19,751 nt of DNA from Azolla caroliniana (Eukaryota > Plantae > Polypodiophyta). The first letter of the stretch is position 1, and the number at the start of each line of letters is the position of its first letter. The translations under genes were made by a program, and so were the position numbers. The DNA is taken from contig JBHGNT010000591.1 in the NCBI GenBank assembly GCA_043228905.1, forward strand, positions 1 to 19,751, given 5' to 3'. The notes beneath the pieces were generated by a model that saw nothing but the letters and a program-made list of their open reading frames with translations, did no database searches and was not told where the DNA came from. Shown here one piece after another: positions 8,854-19,751 of this stretch.

Positions 8854-10440
8854 TTTAGTTGAATTTATATTTCTATCATTGTACTTTTATGTGTAAATTC
8901 TCATACATGAGAGCTAAAATGAGTGACATGGTTATCATGCACCACATGTAATACATAAGCGCCAAATGGCAAGCATGCATTTTATGCATGTCTTGTACCC
9001 TCACATGCATCATATGCATGAGAGCATCTATAAAAGAAGGAAGGGGGAGGAGAAAAAACGTTTTTTTTTGTGATGAAATTAAGAAGAAGAAATTCGTTAT
9101 CAAACTGATTGTGTAACTTGTTTCTTAAATCTAAAGATAAAAGTTCAGTCAATCTCTCTCAATCGTTGAATCTCAACTTCTCTCTTTCCCAATCTATCTT
9201 AAGTACTTTCTTGCTAAAGCTTGCGCGAAAAGCTTGTACCGACTTTGAATCCTTTCGGTCCAGAACCCCGGCGGTTCCGCCTCACGATCCACGCATAGTG
9301 ACGGATCTTCACGACAACGTGGTTGTCTATCCCTTTCGTACATCATGTTTCGGCCTGCCAACCTCGGTTATTCGTGGAGCGTCAATTCTCGTAGTGTCAC
9401 CCCTCGTGGTTGTTAAACCGGTCGTTCGGACGATAGTCATCTTCCTCTTGATCATCATCGTCCCAATATTGATCATCATCTCAACTATCTCGGTCATTTT
9501 CGTCATTACGCCGATTCCAGTCCGCGTTTCGATAACGCTCGTCCTGTCAAAATCGATTGTTGGGCTACCAATTGTTACTTTGTGGTTCGATACGCCGAAC
9601 CGGCACCAAGGGTCGATTTAAAAGGTTGTACTCGCATTGGTCGATTGTATGTGCCTGAGAATGGCAAATATGGTAGTGAGCCCGCGTGTTGCAGCGGATG
9701 GCACAAAGCGGCAAGGAAAGTTTCCTTAACCTCGTCCTCGGTGGGTGCCCGCGTGAGCTAGCTTCGTAAGTTCTAGAACCGGATGACGAAATCGGTGAAT
9801 AATTCCTAGTTGAACTACCAGATAGAGTAGAATTGACCAATGATTTTGTGTTGCGGGATACTCCGATGAAACAGTCGAAGGAATGCAATGCAAAGTTGAT
9901 CGAACGTCATGAAAGTCGAGAGATCGAGCTACAAATGCCACCGCATTGCTTGTCCATCGAGAGTAAGCCCGAACTCCGCGATCTTAGAGACGTTGGCATC
10001 GACCTCTGGTAGCCGCATGGTTTGCATTCTAGACATTAAGAAAAGATTGTGCGTGAGCCTCGGCATCGAGTTCACCATTGTAATAGGGATAAGAGAAGGC
10101 CATGGTTGTGCACGTATATCGTCTAAAGTTGTCGTAGGTGGGTTCAGTCGGAAGTGGTGGGAGGTTTGTCTCACAAGTGCTACTAGTGCTTTCAATAACC
10201 GGGTGCAGTGGGGAGAGAACCTCCTGACCACTCGTGCTCTGCTCGGTGAGCGAGGACTCGAACACGCTTTCATCGAGATCCGGTACGTGTGTGTCGAGGC
10301 GTGGCTTTTCCATGGCAAGTTCCGCCGCCTTTCGGGATTTTGCCCGAGTCTGGGGTTTAGCTCTGCGATTGGCTTCTTTGTTGCCTCTACGGCTAGACAA
10401 CATCCATTCCCTAATGTTCAGTTGTGCTTGTCACAAATCT

Positions 10441-10452
10441 CTGGGTGTGCCA
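10441..10452 (-). other. Primer binding site, tRNA-Arg-like
   Basis: TGGCACACCCAG 4 nt after an LTR end ...CCAATAACA; resembles the TGGCACGCCCAG Arg PBS of plant non-chromovirus Gypsy elements. Confidence 0.7.
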
Positions 10453-10456
10453 AAAG

Positions 10457-11445
10457 TGTTATTGGTTAAGGTGACACTGCGTCGAATCCCCAGTCCTTCG
10501 GGGTTCAACTTCAAGGGAGTCATGGTTCAGGAATAGGAGAGTAAGTAGTAATCGTGATACAGTTGACTATAACCTAGACTTGTAAGTGTTGATTTAACCA
10601 TGAAGACTAAGAAGATGGCCACAACCGACTCCTTACACACTAGCACACACAGCGTATATGGCTCAACACAGAGAAGATAAACTCGACACGAACAGATCGA
10701 ATAGCTACGAGAACACAGAGAGTCAAGCAATCAGAAACTATATTTCAGATGTTGAATACAAAATTATCACTAGCTCTTTACAAGTCTTCCATGCCCTTTA
10801 TATACAAGGTCATGGACGATTACGCTCAGCGCGTGAACCATTACTTTCCTTAACTACACTCTGGTTGGCCCTAAGCTACGGTTGTTACTTCCTCTTTACT
10901 ACGCTACGCCCCCATCCGTTTTCTTCACTTGCCGTAATCATCCTTTTATCTTTTCAACTTCGTGACCTTTCCCACTTGGCCGTCCAAGGTGGCCAACAAG
11001 AAGCGATTCCAGAAGCCCAATTTTTTTCATCCTTGTTGAGATATCAAGCTCAACTAGATTTAGTTAGTTAGTCAACACAAATAACTTAGTAGTTACCTAG
11101 ATAGAATCTAGTTAGTGTGTTGACCTTAAAGCCTCAAATAGAATTTTGTACTTGAGTGGGATACATTGTAGATCCTCCACCTTTGTACCTATATTCTACT
11201 CACACATGTGCACATTTGCACATGAGATGTATATATACCTCATTGTGGGTATTTTTGTATTGGATGATGCTTTTTAATATACACTCTCGTTAATCATCCC
11301 CCATTTATATTATTGTTCATAAGTGTATCTATCTCTCTCTCTTCCTCTCACTCACATACACACACATATCACATAACGTTCCGCTGCTTAACTACTCACA
11401 TAATTAGTGACGAATTAACCCTAGTTAATTACCAAATTATTAACA
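10457..11445 (-). mobile_element. 5' LTR (~989 bp) of the gag-bearing Gypsy-like element
   Basis: TGTTA...TAACA termini, TATATAAA near 10797-10804 on minus, PBS on one side, and an abrupt junction with Copia RT sequence at 11446 on the other. Confidence 0.7.
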
Positions 11446-12413
11446 ATCCTCTACATGGATGCTTTGGTCATTGGCAAGGAGCATCTAGTTGACATCAACA
11501 AGGTCAAGTCCCTCCTCTCCGACAAATTTGAGATGACAGAAATGAAAGAGCTTCATTACAGCCTAGGTATTGAAGTAATTCGGACTCCAGTTGGCATTAT
11601 GATCTCCCAATGGCACTACGTCCTCAACTTGTTATACAAGTTCGGGATGACTGAGTGCAAATCTGTGGCAACCTATCTTGACTGAAACCTCAAACTGGAT
11701 GCCAACTCCAACACCATAGAGTGTGAGTCGACACACTATTGACAACTTGTTGGTAGTCTTATCTACCTCACTATCACCTCGACCCGGCCTCAACTATCAG
11801 GTAGGCCTCCTTATTCAATTCATGCAAACTCCACGAGATATTCATTTGGATTGTGTTAAGCGAGGGTTACGATATGTGAGTGGAACAATGGACTATGACA
11901 TTCTCTACAAATTGGCTACGCCAATTTAACTCGAAGGGTACACATATGCCGATTGGGCCAGCTATAAGGCTGATAAACAATCGACCTCCGGATTTATTTT
12001 CTCCCTCGGCAGCGGAGCAATATCATGGAGCAGTAAATAACAGCTGACTGTCGCTCTTTCGAGCATAGAGCCCGAATACAGGGGTGTGGCAGTGGCTGCA
12101 TGTGAAGTCATATGGCTCAAAAGGATAAGGATTTGGACGTCTCCATCAACGATCCAATCTTGCTCTACTGCGACAATCTCAACAATATCCATCTTGCTCA
12201 AAACCCTGTCTTTCATGCTTGGACAAAGCACATTGAGGTGCACTACCACTTCATCCAAGAACATGTCCTTGCAAGGGATGTCGACCTTCAGCACATCAGC
12301 ACCAATCTTCAAACAACCGACATCTTCATGAAAGCCTTGGGGACTGACAAGCTTCGACAATTTTCGACCGAGCTTGGTCTTTCGACCTATGCCTTGCCAA
12401 GCTTGAGGGGGAG
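11446..12413 (+). pseudogene. pol: Ty1/Copia RT C-terminus and RNase H remnant ending in a PPT
   Basis: ILYMDAL (decayed LYVDDL), FEMTEMKELHYSLGIEV, RPGLNYQVGLL, AACEVIWL, YCDNLNNIHLAQNPVFHAWTKHIEVHYHF, TDIFMKAL; PPT GAGGGGGAG at 12405-12413 followed by TG. Confidence 0.9.
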
Positions 12414-12452
12414 TGATAGTCGACCTGATAGTTGACTTAGTCATGACATGGT
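12414..12452 (+). mobile_element. Stub of the 3' LTR of the + strand Copia
   Basis: TG directly after the PPT; appears to be interrupted after about 40 bp by the opposite-strand LTR. Confidence 0.4.
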
Positions 12453-12567
12453 TGATGTAAAAGAATACGTGTGCGGAAGCTTATGCGTAAGACAGTGAGT
12501 ACACGGTTCGGAATTACGACAGTTCGATAAAACACAGAAATCACAGAGAAGGAGAGGGAGAGACAGT

Positions 12568-12588
12568 GAGAGAGAGAGAGAGAGAGAG
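12568..12588. repeat. (GA)10 microsatellite
   Basis: Direct reading; abuts the LINE 5' junction. Confidence 0.9.
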
Positions 12589-12590
12589 CT

Positions 12591-13269
12591 TGGTTAGAAA
12601 ATAAGGTGTTGGATACATGGAGCATTACTAGAAATGTAAAGTGGTGGCGTAGAGTTTTAGATGCAAGGTGGCAGTCTCATCTTCCATTCCGTGCAAAGGT
12701 GTTTCTTTGGTGTGCCATAGTTGGTGGGTTGCCTTTGGCGATGGCCATAAAACAAAGACATATTTCAAATGGGACATGTTTTTTCTGTACGATGTTTGAA
12801 GAAGATGTCAGACATAGGTTCATTACATGTTCTGTTGCTAAGGCCATTTGGGCGATTATGTCAAAAATTTGGGCATAGATAACAGGGAATATTTTGTCAC
12901 CTTATAAATGGGTTTTTATGGATGAGGATAAAGTTATGCCCACACCATCATATAAGGTGGTTTTTTATTACCTTAGATATTGGGGGATGTGGTTTAATTG
13001 GACCATGAGAAATGAGTTCTTGTTTGATGGACTTCATGGGATAACACAACAAATCCATAGGATGAAAGGGAAATTGATTTGGCAACTTTCACAACTATGT
13101 TGTATGGGGATCTTGTCCCAAGAGGAGATAGACTTATGTCATCTAGTTTTACAACACTTGAGAGGGTTTCCCTTGCACTATCACTATTTATGAAGTAGTG
13201 AAGATAGCAAGGGGTGTATTATCATTTTGTTTTAATAACAAACATTGATTTACGAAAAAGAAGAAGAAG
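12591..13269 (+). mobile_element. 5'-truncated non-LTR retrotransposon (L1/Tx1-like ORF2 C-terminus, zf-RVT domain)
   Basis: W..HLPFRAKVFLW...LP...CFFC...EDVRHRFITC..AKAIW and WFNWTMRNEFLFDG. ORFs 12606..12878 and 12894..13193 are in one frame split by a TAG. A/GAA-rich tail at 13255-13269. Confidence 0.85.
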
Positions 13270-13571
13270 CGAGAGGGCAGAAAACATAACTATATTCAAA
13301 AATAATTCTATGTACATACTTAGTGCTTAGAGAGCACCTTTTATACAAGCCCTGACTATCGGGCTGACACAAGTACTTACAGTACCTGACTACTCATAAA
13401 TGAGCATCCTACTCTTACCCCCAAAATTATTCCTTACGAGGAATAACATTCTAACGCCCTCTAGGTTTACATACCACTACAACCATATTTTGCTCACGGT
13501 TTTACGCACCCAGTTTACGTACTGGGTTACGTACCCGTTTACGCTCCCAATATTGAGCTTGTCTCTCAACA

Positions 13572-13580
13572 TTCCCCCTC
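13572..13580 (-). other. LTR-proximal polypurine tract of the minus-strand Copia
   Basis: GAGGGGGAA immediately before TGTTGA. Confidence 0.8.
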
Positions 13581-15885
13581 AAGCTCAACTTGAGGTTCCA
13601 TATGGTTTTCCAGATTTTTGCTCCGGCCTCTCCTGGCTTCACGCCTCGCTCGCGCTCCTCGACCTGTTCAATTCCGCGCGCTTCGACCCTTCCGGTCGGC
13701 TTGTCTGCTCATGCGACCTTTCTCAACTCCCTTGCTATCGCGGTGTTGGTGCCACTTTCACTACCCTTTTCTCCGCTTGGCCCTCAGTTGATTTGGCGTA
13801 TCCGAATCGAACATTTTCGATTCATTCCCGCTTTCACACGAATTGGTTGTCTCCAATTCGTCTTCAGTCTTCAGGCCCTTAACTACATCCGACCATGTCT
13901 TAGTCTTGGCCTTTATGCCTTTCTTGGCTTTGTTTCCCCTTTGTTTGGTTGTCTTCGACACTTCCTTGCGATTACGACCCTTGTTTTCTTCTTCGGCTTC
14001 TTCAGCCGATCCGAAATCGAATTCTTCATCCAATTCAACATCGTGGTTACTACCACTCCTTTCACACTCCTATTCATGTTCTTGTCTCCCCCTCAAATTT
14101 GGTGTGTTGAGGTGCCGCAAACCCAGATCAACCGAGAAATGTCGTAACTTGTCGAAACCAAGGGGCTTGGTGAAGATGTCAGTAATCTGCCGAACCCGTT
14201 GGAACATACGCCAGTTCGACTTCACCAGAATGGACACACTCACAGACAAAATGGTAGTGCACCACAATGTGCTTGGTTCGAGCGTGGAATATAGGGTTTT
14301 TCGCAAGGTGGATGATGTTGAGGTTGTTGTAGTAGATCGTCGTTGGATAGGACACCTCTACGTGCAAATATCATAATAACCGTTTCAGCCAAATGACTTC
14401 GCACGTAGCGACAGTCGCCCCTTGATATTCGCCCTCAGTGCTCGACAGTGCTACTGTCGGCTGCTCCTTACTGCTCCACGCAATCGCCACACTTCCCTAT
14501 GAGAATGCATATCCGGATGTGGATCTACGATCGTGGGCATTTCCGGCCCAATCGGCATTCGTGTAGTCAACTAACTGCTCGGCTACGTCTGCATGATACA
14601 ACAACGACATCTCTTTAGTGCCGCTGACATATCGTAATATCCTTTGCGTGCACTGAAGGTGTTTGGTCGTGGGCTGCAACATAAATTGACTAATCATTCC
14701 GACCGGATAGTTGAGGTCCGACCGAGTGATCGTCAAGTAGATGAGGCTTCCGACAATCTATTGAAACCGTGTCGGGTCACACGCATTTCCCGAATCTTGG
14801 CGAAGCTTTACGTTTCTATCCAGAGGGGTCGAGATGGGCTTACAATCTGCCATCCTGAACTTGAAGAGCATATTTAGCGCATAATAACGCTAACTGATCA
14901 AGATGCCTTCAAGGGAACGAATCACTTCGATCTTGAGGAAGTAATGAAGATCTCCAAGATCCTTCATTTCGAACGATGTCGCAAGCTGAGACTTTACACG
15001 GTCGATTTCTTCCAAGCCAGCATTGGCAAAGACTAAATCATCAACATAAAGTAAAAGACAAAACGGTCCATGTCGACCTTGCCGAACAAACAACGAGGAG
15101 TCTGATTTGGACGTTGTAAACCCCATTCTACGCAACCGTTGCAAAATCTTTGTGTTCCAAGCTCGCGGGGTTGCTTAAGGCCATATAACGCCTTCTTCAA
15201 TCGGCAGATTGCCGAAGTGTTCTATTCGGATAGAAATCCGGGGGGTTGTACCATGTACACTTGTTCCTCAAGATCACCTTGCAGGAACGCATTCTTTACA
15301 TCCATCTGATGTAGATGCCACCCCTTCGCCGCAACTACGGCTAGCAGAACTTGCACGGTAGTCATCTTCGCGTAAGGTGTGAAGGTCTCGTCGTAATTGA
15401 CATCGTGCTTCTACGCGTAGCCTTTTGCAACCAAACGGGCCTTATATCGGTTGACCGAGTTGTTGGTGTTGTATTTCACTTTAAACACCCATCTGCATCC
15501 GATCGGCTTAACACCTTTAGGTGCGTCAACCAGGTCCCAAGTCTCGTTGTCTGATAATGCACGCATCTCTTCCTCCATCGTGGCACACTAGTTTGCGTTT
15601 TCCGTTGCTTCTAGGTAGCTCTTCGGCTCACGCACTTTCGCCACTAGTGTCATGTACGCGTAATGGTGCGCCATGTATTCATTGTACCCATACCTCTTTA
15701 CGAGGTTCTTCAGGCGGGTGGATCAACGTAATTCGTGATTACCCGATTTCACAACCTTTTCGGTTGATTTTGACCCCTTCCGTGAAGGTTCCTTCTCGAT
15801 TGGCCCGAAGTCAGTTTCGCTCTAATCTAACTCGGCACTACCGAAATCATATTTTGACATTTTCTTCTTCCCTTTTTCTTTACGT

Positions 15886-17057
15886 TGTCGTGAAGATTTT
15901 CGACAACGGTGTGAAATTTGCATGGAATGTACAAAATCGAGTGTAGTTCTTCACACACAATATGAAACAATAATAGTGAAGATACTATTTTATATTAGTT
16001 TAATATCTTGGTACGAAAAGATGGATGTCTTCAAGAGCATCTGAATGCATTTTACTACATGTGAAACGGACAACTTAGTGTCAAGTTATGTGAGTGTAAA
16101 GTTTGAGAAGAAGAGGAAAACAAAACTGTAAGATATCCCACATAGATAGGACAACATCAGGATTCAAGAGTATATAAGTAGAGCCATATCTTTATATATT
16201 TTATCTATGTGTTAGGAGCACAAAAAGCTTGTGTTGTATAACTTGGACGAATGGATGCGTCCAAGTTATTCAAATAGTGTTTTGGACGAATTCGGATCAC
16301 ACCAGACCGCACGACGAAACTAGACTGGATGGACGGACGACACTACACCGGATGGTTGGAACAGGAACCGTAATAGACATATGGGACTGGACAAACGGAT
16401 CGGTCGGGTCGGTCGAATAGGTTGATCGCGATGCACGGTGTCTTGAAGATCTTTCGGTGTGAAACGAACAAAATTGTCTAACTGTTCCATCGAAGGTCAA
16501 CTGAAGGTGTAATATGCAGTTAAACATTTGTAAATACAAGACTAAAGCCTTGTAAAATTTTGTGTTTATGGGGGTGTAAGTAAGAATTGAACCTTGCACC
16601 TCCTCCATAAGAGACAAATGACTTACCACTAAGCTAAGTCATGACTTTAGAGTTATACTTTTATTATAGTTTTGATATCTAAAATCTCATACATGAGAGC
16701 TTGGATGAGTGACATGGCAAACATGCATCGCATGCATTTCATGCATTACATGCATGCCTTGTACCCTCATATGCATCATACACATGGGGGCATTTATAAA
16801 AGAATGGAGGAATCAAACAAGTAGGGACTAATGAAAAAATTGGGGAAGAAATTAATAATAATAATAACAATAACAAGTTACCCTAATGGTGATGTATCTT
16901 GTCTCTCAAATATAAAGTCAAGGGTTTAATCTCAATCTCCCTCAATCTATCTTAAACCCTTTCTCGTTAAAGCTAGTGCAAACTTCGAATCCTTCTGGTC
17001 CAGGACCCCGGCAGTTCCGCCTCACGATCTGCACGTAGTGACAGATTTTTCACGACA
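15886..17057 (+). mobile_element. Solo LTR B (1172 bp), same group as solo LTR A
   Basis: TGTCGTGAAGAT...ATTTTTCACGACA; flanks ACGT (15882-15885) and ACGC (17058-17061); removal restores the host frame RRFTRKEKGKKK; TATAAAA at 16795. Confidence 0.88.
16583..16636 (-). promoter_or_regulatory. tRNA-like Pol III A/B-box module inside solo LTR B
   Basis: A box TAGCTTAGTGG (16636-16626) - 32 nt - B box GGTTCAATTCT (16593-16583). Confidence 0.6.
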
Positions 17058-19401
17058 ACGCGTAAACCGTCTCCTCGACTCTTTACGTGGGGACAACACT
17101 GCTGAGTCTCCACTACTCGCCGTCTCTTCATTTGGTTGGCCATCTCAGCCCACTCCTCATTTGGCCCGCTTAGCCGAAATGAGATCGGACTTTGTGTTAG
17201 AGCTCCGATTTCCTCATCACGTGGAGGCAACTCGGCCTCACTGATCTCTTCTTCAGAATTTGGAATGGAGTCATGAGGTATTGGGGGTGAATGCAAGTAC
17301 CATGAAGCGGACTCATCGAATACGACATCTCGACTTACGCGAACTTCCTTTGTTCGGGGTTTATAGCACTTATACCCCTTCTGCTCGTCTGAATAGCCGA
17401 CCAAGATACACTTCTCGGCTTTGGCATTGAACTTCCTCCTCTTCTCCTTCGGCACATGCACATACGCAATGTTGCCGAAAATCCTCAAGTATGCCAAGTT
17501 CGGCTTCTTTCTGAAATACAACTCGTGTGGCGACACTCCTCCATTAGTAGAAATTTGATTCTGCAAATAAACAATTGTCCTTACGGCATATGCTTCTCTT
17601 CAAGCATTGCCCTGACCGCTTCTTCGATTATCCGATTCTTCCACTCGGATACGTCGTTCTGCTCCGACGTATATCTACACGAGAATTCGAATAGAATTCC
17701 CTCCTTCTATAGATAACTCGTGAACTGGTCGGAGAAGTACTCTTTCCCGCCATCGGACCGTAGGCACTTGATCTTACGCCCAGTTTCCCTTTCCACAAGG
17801 TTCTTCACCTTCAAGAACCACATGAAGACTTCGCTCTTTTTCGCGATCAAGCACGCCCAGGTGTGCCGAGTGAAGTCATCGATGAAGGTTACGAAGTAAC
17901 GGCTTCCATCGAGACTCACGTTCTGTGCCGGTCCCCATACATCCAAATGGATTAAGTCGGGCAGATTTCGACTCCGATTACGTTCATTTGGGAACGGAAG
18001 TCGCTGCTGCTTCCCTAGTTGGCAAGCTTCGCAGACTTGGCCATTACGACCCCGAAATTTCGGCAAACCAAAAACAATGTTCTTCGTCTGCATTTCACGA
18101 AGCCATGGGAAGTTAACGTGGCCGAACCGCTTGTGCCACAGGTCGATGTCCGACTCGACCTTCTGTCCTTTCGCGAACAACGCGGTTTTGGCTTGATTGG
18201 TGTCGAGGATGAACATCCTCCCTTCACGGCGCCCTTACGCAATAACTTGGCCTTCCTCTTTGATGTAGCACCTGAGGTGCGTGAATCGAACTTGCATCCC
18301 CTGATCGACGATCTGACCAACCGACACCATGTTCTTGGTTATTGTCGAGACGTGCAACACGTTCATAAGTTTCCCTTTCTGCCCGACGTGGCTGAGAGGA
18401 ACTTCTCCAACATGTTCGATGGTATGTGGAGTGTGGTCTCCCGTTTCGACCACTCCTTTCTTTTCCGGTTTCTCCAAATACGAGAACCATTCCTCACGAC
18501 TCGTCATATGATTTGACGCTCTGGAATCAACATACCACACCTCGCTTGATGTCGAGGTGTTCACGACCATCAAATTGGCCTTGTGCTTCATTACAAAGGC
18601 TGGACCCAATCCATTTCTGGCTCGTTTGAAGCCTTCGGCATAGTGCGATTTCTGACGCCTTCATGCGTCTCTTCTACTCGATTCGGCTTTGTCTGAATCA
18701 GCTCTCTTCTTCCAACACTCGCTCTCCCTGTGGCGTTTCTTGCCACAGTACCAACATTCCGTCGTGGCCTTCTCTTGCCGGCTTCCGGCGGCGTTATGAC
18801 TCCCCCTACTTCTGGAGGGTTCGGAATTGCTTCCGGCATTTCGATTATGCCGCACTTTCTGCTCTTTTCGGCCTTACACTCAATCTTTAGCCCAATAGTA
18901 CATATGTTGCAGCGATCTACAAAAAACTACAAAACCATGTTCTTTGCTGAATGGGGAAACCACAAACATCAATACATGTTAAGAGCCCATCCCATTATTT
19001 GCCTTCTGAACCATTGCTTCCATGTGACTTAGCTTAACTCACTAGGTTGTGAGATAGTCCGTTGGGGCACAATTGATAAGAATAATTGACCATGCATAGT
19101 TTGCGCTATACAAGTTTGAGAGTATGAGTATCGCACATTGATAAAATGCTTTATACACTTTCTCGACCAAACCCAAACCTTGTATGATTTCCTCTCATAG
19201 TCAGAGTGCGCACTCTGGATTGCGACATTCATTAGTAAAGTTCTTGAACATTATGAGTTTCTCCTCACTTTCACATGTACTACATGAAAAGGTTATAAAT
19301 TTGTCCCATAGGTCATATTTGACCGTCGAAGATGATAAAAAAATTTATCTATCTATGTATCTTGCCTCATACATCGCATAGGTCTCTGAGGAACATTCAA
19401 A

Positions 19402-19424
19402 ATCTATCTATCTATCTATCTATC
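19402..19424. repeat. (ATCT)n microsatellite
   Basis: ATCTATCTATCTATCTATCTATC. Confidence 0.85.
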
Positions 19425-19703
19425 TTCATCAGAAAATACTATGTTTTGGTAGATTTTCATTACTTTATTATCTTGGTAAGGTATCAACATGAGGTCATGG
19501 GTTCAAATCCTTATCTTTAACACATCTTTGCTACAAACATCAAATATATCTCGTTTGAGTCCCTTCAAAACTACATGGTTACATCGACCTAACCCACACA
19601 ATTATCTGAACAAATAGACACTAACAAGTAACTACATCTCAACCACGGCCCCTATCGGCAAATATCATAACTCCATTTTGCTCCTCAATTTCGAAGGCTT
19701 TGA

Positions 19704-19751
19704 TTCTCCTTATGCATTAATGGGTTCCATTTCTTCTCCTTATGCATTAAT
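19704..19751. repeat. 18-bp direct repeat at 30-bp period, running off the window end
   Basis: TTCTCCTTATGCATTAAT at 19704-19721 and 19734-19751. Confidence 0.7.

Larger units (their letters stand above)
8216..9316 (+). mobile_element. Solo LTR A (1101 bp), Gypsy-related
   Basis: 12-bp TIR TGTCGTGAAGAT/ATCTTCACGACA, 4-bp TSD ACGT (8212-8215, 9317-9320), TATAAAA at 9029; homologous to 15886-17057 at both ends. Confidence 0.88.
7730..10403 (-). pseudogene. gag: Decayed Gypsy-type gag, interrupted by the solo LTR at 8216-9316 and truncated at 7730
   Basis: YPYYNGELDAEAH, EFGLTLDGQAMRW and TFDQLCIAFLRLF (retrotransposon gag-like); knuckles YHICHSQAHTIDQC (9634-9675) and CFICQQPGHYAT*C (7978-8019); VTTRSQ motif; many stops and frameshifts. 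Confidence 0.75.
12453..13571 (-). mobile_element. 3' LTR of the minus-strand Copia, interrupted by a LINE (left boundary approximate)
   Basis: TGTTGAGAG start at 13571 directly after a PPT, TGTATAAAA near 13339-13347 on minus, CT-rich leader, and GCTTCCGC near its 3' end. Confidence 0.6.
13572..18880 (-). pseudogene. gag-pol: Old, 5'-truncated Ty1/Copia gag-pol, interrupted by solo LTR B
   Basis: Knuckle CWYCGKKRHRESEC (18715-18756), protease WYVDSRASNHMT, LWHKRFGHVN, CEACQLGKQ, HLDVWGP/FIDD/SDGGKEY, AYVHVPKEKRRK...SRDVVFDE, RT LLYVDDL, RNase H NADWAG, HARTKHI, DIFTKPL. Many stops and frameshifts; no 5' LTR or PBS found. Confidence 0.92.

Noticed and set aside
9109-9621. 170-aa hydrophobic ORF
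   Set aside because: It crosses the solo-LTR/gag junction and is antisense to D/N/R-rich gag sequence.
13590-14147. Hydrophobic 185-aa + strand ORF as an env-like or membrane protein
   Set aside because: It is the antisense of a purine-rich charged frame, which produces F/L/S-rich text by itself; no signal peptide or env motif is visible.
18885-19751. Short ORFs in the AT-rich tail as host exons
   Set aside because: No recognisable motifs, they run through microsatellites, and there is no convincing exon structure.

Overview
Eukaryotic, plant-type heterochromatic DNA made almost entirely of nested retrotransposons; I see no host gene. A non-seed land plant origin is only a weak inference from element style. 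Left to right: (1) a Ty3/Gypsy integrase (+) is split by a young, structurally complete Tnt1-like Ty1/Copia element (114-5520, minus strand, CATCA target-site duplication, near-identical LTRs, one nonsense codon and one frameshift). (2) The Gypsy PPT and 3' LTR follow, then a 48-bp tandem array. (3) An LTR-like unit contains a 220-bp-arm palindrome just downstream of its TATA box. (4) A decayed gag, tRNA-Arg PBS and 5' LTR of a second Gypsy-like element (minus) is interrupted by a solo LTR. (5) A Copia RT/RNase H remnant (+). (6) An old Copia (minus) whose 3' LTR holds a 5'-truncated LINE and whose integrase-RT linker holds a second solo LTR. The most unusual signals are a tRNA-like Pol III A/B-box module with identical spacing in three diverged TGTCGTG-type LTRs, next to a CATGCA cluster and TATA box; the promoter-proximal 459-bp hairpin; and a Copia pol whose frame continues about 170 codons past RNase H to a second PPT.
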